Source: an uncultured beta proteobacterium (GTDB taxonomy: Bacteria; Pseudomonadota; Gammaproteobacteria; Burkholderiales; Casimicrobiaceae). From it: DNA of 64,000 nt. Below are positions 63,399 to 64,000 of this stretch, in pieces. The stretch lies in assembly GCA_963805355.1 (NCBI GenBank), contig CAWDTZ010000004.1, positions 203,757 through 267,756 on the forward strand, in the 5' to 3' direction. The number at the start of each line of letters is the position of its first letter. Within the stretch, counting starts at the first letter, position 1. The notes under the pieces were generated by a model. That model made no database searches. It worked only from the letters and a program-made list of their open reading frames with translations, and was not told the origin of the DNA. A program made the position numbers and the translations under genes.

Positions 63399-63659
63399 AT
63401 GCGTCTCGCCAAATATGTGAAGTTTCGGGAAGAGAAATTCGGTGCCGTGCTGTTCGAGACGCGCTCCGAGAAAGTGTTCACATTGAACCCCACCGCGGCG
63501 GCCGTGGTCCGTGAGCTCGAGGCGGGGCGTGACGAAGGTTCGATCGTCGCGATCCTGAAGGAGCGCTTCAACGACGTCGACGGTTCGGTCGAGCGCGAGG
63601 TGCTGGCGTTCATCGGCGACCTGCGCGAAAAAGGCCTGCTCGACGGAGCGGCGCCGTGA
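63399..63659 (+). CDS. PqqD-family (RRE-type peptide chaperone-like) small protein
   Basis: KFREEKFGAVLFETRSEKVFTLNPTAAAVVREL...IVAILKERF...REVLAFIGDLREKGLL is the typical PqqD/MftB-like pattern. The frame stays open back to ATG 63303, which overlaps the upstream stop, so the start is ambiguous. Confidence 0.7.
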   Translation: MRLAKYVKFREEKFGAVLFETRSEKVFTLNPTAAAVVRELEAGRDEGSIVAILKERFNDVDGSVEREVLAFIGDLREKGLLDGAAP

Positions 63660-64000
63660 GCCAATCGCTGGTCCCGGAGGCGGTGGGCACGCTAACCGAA
63701 ACGCCCGCTACCACCGAATCCGGTGATCTCGGGGCGCCGCTGTATGTCGCGTGGCAGATCACCAATGAGTGCAACCTGGCGTGCCTGCACTGCATCGAGG
63801 AGAGCGGTCCGGGCAAGGCTTTCAAGGATGAATTGTCGCGCGAGCAGGTCTTTGCCGTGCTCGGGCAGCTACTGGAACAGGAGGTTCCGTACCTTTCCTT
63901 TTCCGGCGGCGAACCGATGGTGCATCCGCATTTCTTCGACATGGTCGAATTCGTCTGCAACGGTGGCGGCCAGCTCAAGATCGAGACCAACGGCCATTTC
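63656..64000 (+). CDS. radical SAM enzyme (PqqE/MftC/AlbA-like maturase N-terminus), 3'-truncated by window end
   Basis: The GTG overlaps the PqqD-like stop (GTGA). CX3CX2C in WQITNECNLACLHC and the SAM-binding motif SFSGGEPMV. The frame is open to position 64000. Confidence 0.8.
   Translation, partial: MSQSLVPEAVGTLTETPATTESGDLGAPLYVAWQITNECNLACLHCIEESGPGKAFKDELSREQVFAVLGQLLEQEVPYLSFSGGEPMVHPHFFDMVEFVCNGGGQLKIETNGHF

Noticed and set aside
63386-63514. 42-codon ORF (MDIEHASRQICEVSGREIRCRAV...) overlapping the PqqD-like gene out of frame, considered as a possible precursor peptide
   Set aside because: It has no RBS, lies entirely inside a better-supported frame, and has no Gly/Cys-rich core or leader-like features. 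Most likely a chance ORF.

Overview
This is a high-GC (by eye about two thirds G+C, not computed), densely coding proteobacterial chromosomal segment. I found about 65 CDS and no rRNA, tRNA, CRISPR array or IS/transposase. Many neighbouring genes overlap by ATGA/GTGA, which suggests operons.

Left third (1-21.9 kb), mostly ordinary metabolism:
- A partial flavin hydroxylase, a DUF2783-like protein, hmgA and a crotonase.
- Two tandem paralogous lipoproteins and a META/HslJ lipoprotein.
- One twice-frameshifted and one intact M20 hydrolase, an MFS transporter and a Gfo/Idh/MocA oxidoreductase.
- An arsR-arsI-arsC-acr3 arsenic operon.
- An IlvD/Edd-type sugar-acid dehydratase with an RraA-like aldolase.
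- phnDCEE followed by an unknown 586-aa protein, and a solitary EgtD-like methyltransferase.

From 21.9 kb to the end, the window looks like an oxygen-regulated anaerobic/microoxic electron-transfer island:
- An FNR (Cys-cluster type), a CheY-like receiver, a FixJ/NarL-type regulator and a kinase with two FixL-like PAS domains.
- A NapC/NirT tetrahaem cytochrome, an orphan RegA/ActR-type regulator and a monohaem cytochrome c.
- A RatA-like protein and a stand-alone cNMP-binding protein.
- A decahaem MtoA/PioA-type cytochrome with an MtoB/PioB-type outer-membrane porin.
- A 951-aa FAD/Fe-S dehydrogenase.
- A complete but atypical 14-gene nuoA-N cluster.
- A second cNMP-binding protein and a malic enzyme.
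- porGAB-type 2-oxoacid:ferredoxin oxidoreductase genes plus a GltD-like/ferredoxin fusion.
- A Wolinella-type frdCAB.
- A membrane DsrMK/HdrD-like Fe-S protein followed by a PqqD-like protein and a radical SAM enzyme that is cut by the window end.

TTGAT-N4-(A/G)TCAA (FNR/FixK-type) boxes lie in the promoter-bearing intergenic regions of these modules. All functional calls are family-level, made from motifs read in the translations. No database search was possible.
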